DNA of 36,935 nt from Sanchytrium tribonematis (taxonomy: Eukaryota). Below, in pieces: positions 20,592 through 29,829 of the stretch (position 1 is its first letter; every line of letters starts with the position of its first letter). The stretch covers positions 1 through 36,935 of the forward strand of contig JADGIG010000032.1 in assembly GCA_018985235.1 (NCBI GenBank), in the 5' to 3' direction. The position numbers and the translations under genes were made by a program. Under the pieces are notes generated by a model. The model searched no databases. It was given only the letters and a program-made list of their open reading frames with translations, and was not told the origin of the DNA.

Positions 20592-21371
20592 CTAAAAAAA
20601 CGAAATAGGATTAGATCCCAATTTGGAACCAGCATTTTCCTTCAAAATCGCATTAATTTTTTGAAATAGTACTTTGCCATTTTCAATTGCATTAGTCACC
20701 ATATTTTTTAATAAAAGTGGAGTGCATAATCCACCATTTGTTGTGCTGACATGTAAGACTTCAGTAGCAATTAAAACATGTATGACGATATCTCCAGCCT
20801 GAATTTCTTCTAGCCTTGGATCGAGGCAAAATGTAGAGCCTAAATTGACTGCGGTGCATGAAATTGGGAATTTGTCAAATGATGGAAGCCGAGTGGCTAA
20901 ATAAATATCCTCTTGGACTTCTATTTCGCCATTTAGAACCTTTAACTTGGGAAGAGTAGTATCCCAAATTGCTGCTTTCATAGCTATTAAGCAACAGTCG
21001 ACAATATTTCCATCAGCATTTAGAAATGAAATTGTCACATTTAATTTCCAATTGTATTTCTCATCAATATGCGGAACAGGAATATTTATATTTGTCAAAA
21101 CAGATTCTAAGTCGCCTATTTGTTCTTCTGTAACATCGCTTTTTTTATCAATTGTTATACCGAGAGTTTTGGAAGAATCCCCCACTATTTCTCCCATAAT
21201 TTGCACAACGCAAATCACCGAACCTAAATTGCACTTGGAGCTTCCATTTGCTCTCGGAAGCACTCCAATACTTATGCTGATATCATTAAAATCAAATATT
21301 TGTCTGCCGTCGATTCTGCAGTTTTTAAGTACTCCGTTAGAAATGTATTTCTTTTCCGTCAGAGACATCAT
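20592..21371 (-). CDS. RRP42: RNA exosome RNase PH-like subunit Rrp42
   Basis: SLTEKKYI..GV....RIDGR, ANGSS, DGNIVD, DTTLP, LDPRLEE. Confidence 0.82.
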   Translation of the reverse strand: MMSLTEKKYISNGVLKNCRIDGRQIFDFNDISISIGVLPRANGSSKCNLGSVICVVQIMGEIVGDSSKTLGITIDKKSDVTEEQIGDLESVLTNINIPVPHIDEKYNWKLNVTISFLNADGNIVDCCLIAMKAAIWDTTLPKLKVLNGEIEVQEDIYLATRLPSFDKFPISCTAVNLGSTFCLDPRLEEIQAGDIVIHVLIATEVLHVSTTNGGLCTPLLLKNMVTNAIENGKVLFQKINAILKENAGSKLGSNPISFF

Positions 21372-21385
21372 CCGATTTCCCCTTT

Positions 21386-21697
21386 ATGACCACTGAATTT
21401 CAAGACTCTGTATACGAGATCACAAAAATTATACCAGCGGGAAAAGTATCCACATATGGTGCTATTGCTAAAATATTGAATACTTCACCGAGGGCAGTCG
21501 CCAGAGCATTGTCAAGAAATACAATTCAAGAGGTTCCTTGTCATCGAATTGTTGGTTCTGACGGAACATTAAAAGGTTTCTTCAAAGAAACTGATGAAAA
21601 AGCCATATTAAAAAAGAAAGCTATTCTTGAGAACGAAGGAGTTTTATTTGAAAATAGAAGGGTTTGTAAGATTTGTTTCTACGAGCTGTCATCATAA
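21386..21697 (+). CDS. O6-alkylguanine-DNA alkyltransferase (MGMT/Ogt family), C-terminal domain only
   Basis: IPAGKVSTYGAIA, SPRAVA, active-site VPCHRIV, LENEGV. Confidence 0.9.
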   Translation: MTTEFQDSVYEITKIIPAGKVSTYGAIAKILNTSPRAVARALSRNTIQEVPCHRIVGSDGTLKGFFKETDEKAILKKKAILENEGVLFENRRVCKICFYELSS

Positions 21698-21711
21698 GTG
21701 CTATAAATGAA

Positions 21712-23522
21712 TTATTCTAAAACGACACCTAGGTTCTTTTCCGCATCTTTGTCACTTTCATTTTCACTTTCAATGCTCATGTTTATTGACGATCCGTTGC
21801 CCGATGCATCAATTTTAAAGGATTGTTGACTAGGCAAAGGAGATAAAATTGCTTTTTGAATTTGAGGGTTGGAACTATTTGCCCCCCTGCTACTCAAAGA
21901 AGTACTCAATCTTGGCTCTGAGGGATGTGGTGATCTCATGTGTAGTTCTGTCATGCTACCTCTTCTGGAAATGGCTTTTTTAAAATCAACCACCATATTT
22001 GAAAACGAGGAAGATAGCCTCCTTACGCCTCTTTTCAGCTTATCCATTATAGTAAATGCGTTTTCTACCTCATTTTGGGTAACTTCAATAACATCGTAAT
22101 TCGATGGACTGGTTTCGGCCAGCCACCTTGTAACTTGTTCCTCAGTCATCTCTTTTATTATCCATGGATGCACTTTGATCTCATCTAAAGTGATTCTTTT
22201 ATCCCAACGTTTTTCTAATAGTTTTTTAAGTAGATTTTTGCATTCTTCAGATCCGCCTGGTGGAAATTCAAGCTCCTGTTTGGGTATAATGTCAAGCAGT
22301 TCGTATTCATTTGCAGCAGTAAAAGGTACCTGGCCATAAATTAAACAGTATAGAGTAACACCTAATGCCCATATGTCAATACTTTTTGTAATATAAACTT
22401 TATATGAGGGGTCATCTATAAGAGGATGCGGTTCGTCGTCATACTTGATAGGGGTGTGGAGCTCGTCAGTTGCGACGCAAAGTTCGGGTGCAAAAAATGC
22501 GGGTGACCCAACAGTCTTTTCCAATTCTGGATCTTCCTCAATTTGTTTTCTAGGATTGTTTTGATCATGTTGGAGTTTAGGAGAAAAGTGAGAAACACCA
22601 AAATCTGTGATTTTGACGATAAGTTGTTTTTCATTATCTTCGTTCGTTTCATAGGTGTATAGCAAATTTGCAGGTTTTATATCTCTATGAATGACACCTT
22701 GGTAATGCAGATAATCTAGACCACTTATAACTTGTTTAATTATATATCTAGCCTGATCTTCACTTAAAACAGCAACATATTCAATAGATTCATCACTATC
22801 TGTACTAAAATGATCACCAACATAAAATTGAGACCCACTTTGCTGCTCACTCCAATTATACATTTCTCGATGAGGCTCCAAATGGCGAAAATCTTCGTTT
22901 TCCTCAGGATAAGGATTAGTATCTTGATCTGTCCAGAGCACTGGAGAATTCATAGAAAAATCTTCCTCGTCGCTAGAATCCGAAATGCTAAACGAATTGC
23001 TTCTAAAAATTGAATCAAAATCCTCCGGAGTAGCATTTGGATGTCCATTGGTTTGATGGCTAGATTTCCTACGCCATTTTACATGACCGTAGCAGTATTC
23101 CATAATTAAATAAACATTTTGGTCAAATGGATCTTCAATAACTTCCAAAAGTCGCACAACATTTGGGTGATTTAATTTTTTCATAATGGCTATTTCTTTT
23201 TTAATTAAATTCAAATATTGATGCCCATTGGAAAAATTTCCTTTTTTTGTTTTGGGTATGACTTTTATCGCAACAAAGAGATTGTCTGAGTGAGAAGTTG
23301 ATTTTCCCATACAGACCTTTCCATGAACGCCTTTACCGATAGTTTTTATAACTAAATTATTTTGATAATACCAATAAATTGATTAATTTGTTTATAACCA
23401 AGAGGTGAAGTTCCTTTCACCAATGCATTAGTATATTTGACTGGAGGAGTTACACTGCTGACGCTCCCATGTCTAGATATTTCGACTTCATCTTCTTTTT
23501 TTGGTTTTAAGAGTCCTTTCAT
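21712..23522 (-). CDS. CaMKK-family Ser/Thr kinase (Sak1/Tos3/Ssp1-like), 596 aa; exons 23522-23372 and 23351-21712
   Basis: Splicing gives KQINQFI-VIKTIGKGVHGKV (Gly loop). Also VAIK, EIAIMKKL.HPNVV.L.EVIEDP, HRDIKPANLL, DFGVS, TVGSPAFFAPE, DIWALGVTLY. Confidence 0.92.
23352..23371 (-). other. 20-nt spliceosomal intron in kinase gene
   Basis: GTATTATCAAAATAATTTAG; links an ATG-initiated 151-nt exon to the Gly-loop frame. Confidence 0.88.
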
Positions 23523-23648
23523 TGAAACTAAGGAGTTTAGTAAATGTGCGCTATTAATTTTAATTTAAACTATTTTCGAAGAAGTAAGCACATGTCGACT
23601 ATAATCCTGTTAAACTCAAACAGCTACTTATTTATTATCGCGATTAAT

Positions 23649-24857
23649 TCAAGCATTGGTAAGTGAGATATTAGAAGAATCATCTTTCACCAAAATTACA
23701 TCCTCAATTCTTATCCCAATCCCCCAATACTCTTTTGGAATATCGCTGCTAGGATTAAAATAAACTCCAGGCTCGATTGTGATTACTGAATTTTTGGGAA
23801 ATAATTTAGTTCCTGATATAGTAAGCGTGTCATGCACATCTAAACCAATATAATGGGTGACTGAATGTGGAAATATATTATTAATGTTGACAAAGGGAAA
23901 CTCTTTATGAAGCAACTCTTTAGATTTTAATTCTAATATTGCAGGAGATGCTGCTGTGGTTGCCATTTGAATCAGTTCGTATTGAACCCTTTGTAATTTA
24001 TCATGAATTTCAGTATACAACTGAGTAGGGCGATATTTCCATGATCGACACATATCCGAGTTATAATTCTCTATCGTTACTCCGAAATCCACGACCATAT
24101 GATCCTTTTTGGATATTGGCATATTATTCTGGTGATAGTGTGGATACAGAGTATTTGTACCGCTGGCGATAAACGGCGTGAAAGCAAGTTGGCCTTTATT
24201 TCGATTCACTTCAAAACATATTTGGCTCAAAATATCATTTTCGTTTTCAAATATGTTATTTTGAATACTTTTCATTACTTCTGAATTGATTTTACAAGCT
24301 TTGCTTATTAATTGAATTTCTGAATCTGATTTCGAGCAACGTAGCTCATCCAGTAACAAAGGACGAGTATTAATTTGCTCTGCACAATAGAGTTTCCATC
24401 TTTGTTGAATGGAATGAGGAAAATTTGTATTGAAAGGCGGCTGATTTGTATAAACAAATTTTGGATTTAATTTCCGCATGAAATTGGAAAACTCTGCTAT
24501 GGAATGAACCGCGCAATCTTTTAATTCCGGGTACGGCGAAGAGTAAATGTCCCTTTTAGGTGTAAATAAATGATATTCGTACGAAAATCTAGTGGGTAAT
24601 AATATTGCAATACAATCAGGTATATTTAATCCAGTCAAATAGTAAAATGAAGAATTTTGCTTGAATGGTACGGATACATGTGGAGAATAAAAGAGGCTAT
24701 TATTCCCAAAAACAACAATCGGTTCTTGTTTGTCTTTTAAAACTATGGATCTTCTAGATTTGAATTCAGTGTTTGTTATAAACTGCTCCGGATGGCCCGT
24801 TTTGAGTTTGAATTCTATATTGGGCTGAGATTTAAATTTGTTGAAAATTTTCCACAT
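23649..24857 (-). CDS. Xaa-Pro aminopeptidase (M24B), Icp55/XPNPEP3-like
   Basis: FKQNSSFYYLTG; metal ligands VDFG..YNSDMCR, HYIGLDVHD, TIEPG, GIRIEDV. Confidence 0.88.
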   Translation of the reverse strand: MWKIFNKFKSQPNIEFKLKTGHPEQFITNTEFKSRRSIVLKDKQEPIVVFGNNSLFYSPHVSVPFKQNSSFYYLTGLNIPDCIAILLPTRFSYEYHLFTPKRDIYSSPYPELKDCAVHSIAEFSNFMRKLNPKFVYTNQPPFNTNFPHSIQQRWKLYCAEQINTRPLLLDELRCSKSDSEIQLISKACKINSEVMKSIQNNIFENENDILSQICFEVNRNKGQLAFTPFIASGTNTLYPHYHQNNMPISKKDHMVVDFGVTIENYNSDMCRSWKYRPTQLYTEIHDKLQRVQYELIQMATTAASPAILELKSKELLHKEFPFVNINNIFPHSVTHYIGLDVHDTLTISGTKLFPKNSVITIEPGVYFNPSSDIPKEYWGIGIRIEDVILVKDDSSNISLTNA

Positions 24858-24932
24858 CAATAGCTAGCCCCTGGCTTATTTTTAATAGGTGGGATTTTAT
24901 GTTTATTAAACCTCAACTTGAGAGAGAAGTAA

Positions 24933-25005
24933 GCCTTTATAGCTCAGTTGGTAGAGCGCTGCACTAGTAATGCAGAGGTCTTCAGTTCAACTCTGAATGG
25001 AGGCA
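24933..25005 (+). tRNA. tRNA-Thr (anticodon AGT), intronless, 73 nt
   Basis: Acceptor GCCTTTA/TGGAGGC, D arm GCTC..GAGC, anticodon stem CTGCA-CTAGTAA-TGCAG, T loop TTCAACT. A T5 tract at 25009-25013 is a likely Pol III terminator. Confidence 0.95.
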
Positions 25006-25124
25006 ATATTTTTCATCAGAATTACTATTGTAATCTCCATTTCGCTTACTATCTTTGTTAATTATTAAATCACACCTATTTAAATTGATTTGTAGATATT
25101 TGAGTCAGCAAATTTTTGTGACAG

Positions 25125-25322
25125 ATGTCTGCTCCTTATTCAAATTTACTCAGTTCATCGAAATTAGATAATTCATTGTTTGGAACTTATACATTTCTTT
25201 CAACAGGAATTATTCAAGGACTCTTAGTATTTTTGATTTTTGTGTGGGTAATTGTAGTAGCCGTATCTTGGCTAACTACATTAGATGTACCCAAATATGT
25301 ACCAGAAAAAAAAGAACAGTAA
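25125..25322 (+). CDS. 65-aa protein consisting of a V-ATPase Ac45/Voa1-like TM domain
   Basis: LFGTYTFLSTGIIQGLLV...VSWLTTLDVP resembles the Ac45/Voa1 TM signature (LF..Y.FF.PGI..GL). Ends in a di-lysine ER-retrieval-like EKKEQ. Confidence 0.65.
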   Translation: MSAPYSNLLSSSKLDNSLFGTYTFLSTGIIQGLLVFLIFVWVIVVAVSWLTTLDVPKYVPEKKEQ

Positions 25323-25327
25323 ATTTA

Positions 25328-26615
25328 TTAGTGTTGCGTCCACTGAATTGTCTTTAAATCGATTCCTTCTTCGACTGCCATTTCCCACAAGGGACTCATT
25401 TCTCTTAATCTGTTGACTTGCATAACTATTATTTGAATTAGTTCATCTACTTCTTCCTCTGTTGTAAATCGACCTATTCCAAATCTAATCGAAGAGTGTG
25501 CCATATCGTCGTCCGTTCCTAAGGCACGGAGAACATACGATGGTTCCTAAATTAAAAAGGGTTACCAAAGAGGCGGAAGTGCATGCAGAGCCACTTGAGA
25601 GAGCATGGCCATTAAGCGCCATTAATAGTGATTCACCTTCGACGTATCCAAAACTCAAATTCACACATCCAGGATATGTATGATTCAAATCCCCATTTCT
25701 TGTAACATGAGAAAGTTTGGAAGTTATTCCTTGAACGAGCCTATTACTTAAAGTTTCAATTCTTTTAGATTCTTCTGCCATGTGATCAATCGCGAGTTGG
25801 CAAGCTTCACCGAAGCCGACAGTCAGTGGGGTCGGGACAGTACCACTTCGTAACCCTCTTTCTTGGCCACCACCATGTATTAAGGGTTCCAGTCGCACTC
25901 GTGGTCTTCTTCTGACGTACAAAGCACCAATCCCTTTCGGGCCATATATTTTATGACCAGATAGAGATAGCGCAGCAATATTCCAAGATTTGACGTCTAT
26001 AGGTATTTTTCCAAGGGCTTGAGCAGCATCAGTATGAAGTAAAACTTTTGTATCCTTGCATAGCTGTCCAATTTCCTTCATAGGTTGAATTACACCAATT
26101 TCATTATTGACCGTCATAATGCTAACCATGATAGTGCTTGGACGAATCGCATTTTCAAGATCCTTCAATTTAACAATACCTCCCATATCAACTGGCAAAT
26201 AAGTAACCTCGAATCCTTGAGTCTGTAAATATCGACATGAATCCAGAACACATTTATGCTCAGTCTGAGTTGTAATGATATGATTTTTAGACTCAGATTT
26301 GTAAAATCTAGAAATGCCTTTAAGTGCAGTATTATTTGCCTCAGTGGCACCACTTGTAAATACGATTTCTTTAGGATCCGCATTTATAAGTTTGGCAATT
26401 TGACTTCGAGCTAATTCAACTGCTTTTTCGCTCTCCCAGCCAAAAGCATGTGTTCTGCTATGTGGATTGCCGAACATGACATCAAAATATGGCAACATTC
26501 TCTGAACAACCCTTGGATCTGTTGGTGTAGTAGCCTGGTAATCAAAGTAAACCGGAACGCCATTTCTTTTTACCAATTTTGGCACGAAATGTATCGATCT
26601 ACAAAAATGTGTCAT
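25328..26615 (-). CDS. NFS1: Mitochondrial cysteine desulfurase, 422 aa; exons 26615-25566 and 25546-25328
   Basis: [34 protein letters not shown]. Splicing gives [21 protein letters not shown]...SPLWEM...IQWTQH. Confidence 0.97.
25547..25565 (-). other. 19-nt spliceosomal intron in NFS1
   Basis: GTAACCCTTTTTAATTTAG; removal restores SASLEPSYVL and the conserved C-terminus. Confidence 0.95.
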
Positions 26616-26661
26616 CCTATTAGAAGCCAAATATACAATTTATACACTCCTTCAAACGGAA

Positions 26662-27093
26662 ATGGAACTTTTAGTACAAGCAGAAAAACTAAAAGCTCGA
26701 GTTGATCAAATCAATGAAAGGATAAGAAATGCAACAAAAGTGAGTAAAGAAGATTTAGATCAAAGATCGGTTTATATTGGAAATGTAGACTACAATATCA
26801 CTCCTTCTGATCTATATGAAAAAATGATTGAGAATGGGTGTACTAATATAAATAGAGTGACCATATTATGCAATCAAAATGGAACTCCCAAAGGCTTTGC
26901 ATACGCCGAATTTGAATCTCCAGATTATGTTGAAAAAGGTTTAGAATTGACTGGACTCGTAATCAATGGTAGGGATCTAAGGGTTAGTGTTAAGCGGACA
27001 AATGTTCCTGGCATGGGACGCGGTGGGCGTGGAGGAAGAGGCAGAGGTAGAAATTTGAGAAGAGGAAGGGCTCGCGGTCGCTATGCACAATAA
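26662..27093 (+). CDS. Nuclear poly(A)-binding protein PABPN1/Pab2-like (single RRM plus RGG tail)
   Basis: DQRSVYIGNVDY, INRVTILC, PKGFAYAEF, KRTNVPGM, RGG repeats. Confidence 0.9.
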   Translation: MELLVQAEKLKARVDQINERIRNATKVSKEDLDQRSVYIGNVDYNITPSDLYEKMIENGCTNINRVTILCNQNGTPKGFAYAEFESPDYVEKGLELTGLVINGRDLRVSVKRTNVPGMGRGGRGGRGRGRNLRRGRARGRYAQ

Positions 27094-27105
27094 ATATCCC
27101 AAAAT

Positions 27106-28339
27106 TTACTTTTGAATTTTTAAAAATGAATCTCCTAGATCATTAAGAAGATCTTGAGTATCTTCAACCCCACAGCTTAAGCGGATAAATCCATCATTAA
27201 TTCCTAAGGTTGCTCTATCTTTAGGATCGACGCTAGCATGTGTCATACTAGCTGGATGTTCAGCAAGTGACTCTACTCCTCCTAAGCTTTCAGCACATAC
27301 AAACACACTCAAGCTATCTAAAAAAGTAACACAGTCTTTGTAAGATCCTTTTAAAACAAAAGATACCATACCACCAAAAAGTTGAACGTTACCATAATGA
27401 TGGCCCATTTGTTTTTTTGCAACAGCATGTTGTGGATGCGACTCCAATCCAGGATAAATTACCTTATCAACAAGTGGGTGAGTTTCCAAATATTTCGCAA
27501 CAGCCAAACCATTCTTGGAATGTTGCTGCATTCTCAAGTGTAATGTTTTAATACCTCTCATAACTAGGTAACAATCAAATGGAGAGGGAACATTTCCAAG
27601 GCAATTTTGCATAAATTTCATTTCCTCATAAATCGCTTCGTCATTAGTGATGCAAATTCCCATAACAGCATCAGAGTGTCCATTAATGTACTTTGTGATT
27701 GAATGTACAACAATATCTGCTCCTAAGTCCAGAGGTTGTTGCAAAATTGGGGAGCAAAACGTATTATCCACAACAACAAGGGTGGTAGGGCTTATCGACT
27801 TTACAATTTTTACCGTCTCCGCAATATCCACCACCATTACTATATTATATAAAACTACATGTTGGGTTTGTAGGTGTTTCAATCCATACTAAAGGTACAT
27901 TTTTTAAAGCCTTCAATTTGTCCTTGAGAGTATCAGGCTTAGTCATATCACAAAAGCTCACATTCTTGTATAGCTTTGTAAAATAACGATACGTTCCCCC
28001 GTAAACGTCAGACATACATAATATGTGAGATTCTGGAGCGCGTTTGAAGCAGATTTCAGCCAACAATGCAGTACAGGCAGAACCACTTGACAAAGCTACT
28101 CCAAATTTTCCCTTCTCTAACTTTGCTAGTCCATCTTCGAGCAAATGGCGTGAAGGGTTTCCACTTCTTCCATATTCAAAATTAATCTTAGAAACCTTGC
28201 TTTGTCTAGTTGGAGAAGGCTCCCTTCGAGTTTTAAAAGTTGTGCTTAATGAGATCGGTGCAATAACTGCATTGGTCAATTCATCGATTTCATCAACATG
28301 AACACTTAGAGTACCCAAATTTTTTTGCTCTCTTCCCAT
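27106..28339 (-). CDS. CYS3: Cystathionine gamma-lyase (Cys/Met metabolism PLP enzyme), 404 aa; exons 28339-27859 and 27839-27106
   Basis: PISLSTTF, EYGRSGNP, DVYGGT, spliced WIETPTNPT-LMVVDI, VVDNTF, HSITKYINGHSD, AESLGGVESL. Confidence 0.9.
27840..27858 (-). other. 19-nt spliceosomal intron in cystathionine gamma-lyase
   Basis: GTAGTTTTATATAATATAG; removal restores ETPTNPTL..VDI. Confidence 0.94.
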
Positions 28340-28508
28340 GGTTTCAAAGAGCAATTAGGAAAAATAATTTTGCTGCTATTTGTCGACTGGAATCTTTAGT
28401 AGTGGTTATTAGAAATTTAATCATTTAAGGTTATGTAATATTTGACGGGTGAAATGAAGCAAAACTACTCTTATCATAAGATGATACTGCGGCCATTAAA
28501 TTAAATAT

Positions 28509-28763
28509 TTATTGATCAGTCGCAATAACTTCATCAATGTTCTCTTCGGGACGGCGTCCGCGAAGTCTATCTTCTGCGGCTTTTAGTTTTTTCCTTTCAT
28601 CTTGATAAGCTTCATGTTGCTTTCTCTTTTCTTCTAGCCATTCTTGCTTCATCTGGGAGGTTTCTGAGAAAGAGCTTACCGCAACAGTTGCAACAGTATT
28701 TGTAGAAGTTAATGTTTGTGATTTTCTACGCGTCAAGCTGGTAGATGCACTTTTTTTGAACAT
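28509..28763 (-). CDS. Hypothetical protein (84 aa; S/T-rich N-terminus, charged helix)
   Basis: ATG-initiated ORF; the stop lies within CAATAAA like bona fide genes here. Confidence 0.65.
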   Translation of the reverse strand: MFKKSASTSLTRRKSQTLTSTNTVATVAVSSFSETSQMKQEWLEEKRKQHEAYQDERKKLKAAEDRLRGRRPEENIDEVIATDQ

Positions 28764-28960
28764 AATTTTTTGAAAAATGGCTTTCTTTACGTGCTGGTGA
28801 TTTGCGACTTAATTATAATTTGAACGAGTCAGTGCCAGAAATTTGAACGCATCGAAACACATGCCGTGATTTCGGTTCTCAATATACACGTTTTGTTGAT
28901 AATTTCGTGTCGTCGCCAGTTTGGCAAATACGAACCTGCTCCTTTTTTCTGTGAAACAAA

Positions 28961-29815
28961 ATGCCTCAGAGTAAAAGAGTCAAGCAAGAAATTTTGCCAA
29001 CCTTATCTGTGCAATTGCAGGACGAATCTAACGTTGATCTGAAGACTATCAAAAACGCGGTATTCTTTTTCTACCCAAAGGCCAACACTCCTGGTTGTAG
29101 TAAACAAGCTGCAGATTATAATGAAAAGTATTCAGAGTTTGAAAGTAAAGGGTTCAAGGTTTTTGGTGTATCTAAAGATTCTTGCAAAGTTCTAAGCACA
29201 TGGAAGAGCAAGGAAGAATTTCAATATCCTTTGATTAGTGACAAAAATGGTGATTTTGCAAAACATTTTGGATTGAATAAGGACAAGTCAATTATTCGGG
29301 GCCATGTAGTTGTTAAAGATGGAAAAGTTATCGATGTGGTATCTGGTGTAAAACCATTAGAGAGTGCTGATAAAGCTTTAGAAATCATTGAAAATCCACC
29401 TGCAGATGATGAAACTGAGGTGGATGCTCCTGTTAGAAAGGAAACTACAAAAACTGATAAAAAAGATGTAGTAATGACAGAAGCTGGTAAAAAAGACACT
29501 AAAGCTGCTGACAAACCAATTGCTAAAGCTTCTACAGTCCCTTCACCATCTAAAGCTGCCGAAGCCAAGTCTGTGGCAGAGAGCCCCTCAAAAGTCAAGG
29601 TGGAATCAAGCCCTAAGAAAGTTGGAAAAGAACCTGTCAAGACTAAAGAAGAAATTATTCATAACGCATCACATGACAAAACTCAAGAAGAATTAAAAGG
29701 AAAAGTTGTTAAGGAATTAAAGGCAAATGAACCTGTTCGTCAAACTGAGAAAAAAGAGAAAGAACATACCAAAGCTTTGAAGAAGGAAGTTTTAGCTGAA
29801 ATCAAAAAACAATAA
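28961..29815 (+). CDS. Peroxiredoxin, BCP/PrxQ (Dot5-like), with long K/E-rich C-terminal extension
   Basis: FFFYPKANTPGCSKQA (PxxxTxxC), VFGVSKDS, YPLISD and catalytic Arg in IIRGHVVV. Confidence 0.9.
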   Translation: MPQSKRVKQEILPTLSVQLQDESNVDLKTIKNAVFFFYPKANTPGCSKQAADYNEKYSEFESKGFKVFGVSKDSCKVLSTWKSKEEFQYPLISDKNGDFAKHFGLNKDKSIIRGHVVVKDGKVIDVVSGVKPLESADKALEIIENPPADDETEVDAPVRKETTKTDKKDVVMTEAGKKDTKAADKPIAKASTVPSPSKAAEAKSVAESPSKVKVESSPKKVGKEPVKTKEEIIHNASHDKTQEELKGKVVKELKANEPVRQTEKKEKEHTKALKKEVLAEIKKQ

Positions 29816-29829
29816 AGGAGTTAGGAGAT

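Noticed and set aside
28817..28849. Direct repeat AATTTGAACG twice in the spacer upstream of PrxQ
   Set aside because: Only two copies of an AT-rich 10-mer. It could be a binding site, but there is not enough support for a repeat or regulatory call.
29815..29827. Shine-Dalgarno-like AGGAG repeats before the 7TM gene (also before PET191)
   Set aside because: The context is clearly eukaryotic nuclear DNA. More simply explained as the reverse orientation of the CTCCT motif or as chance.
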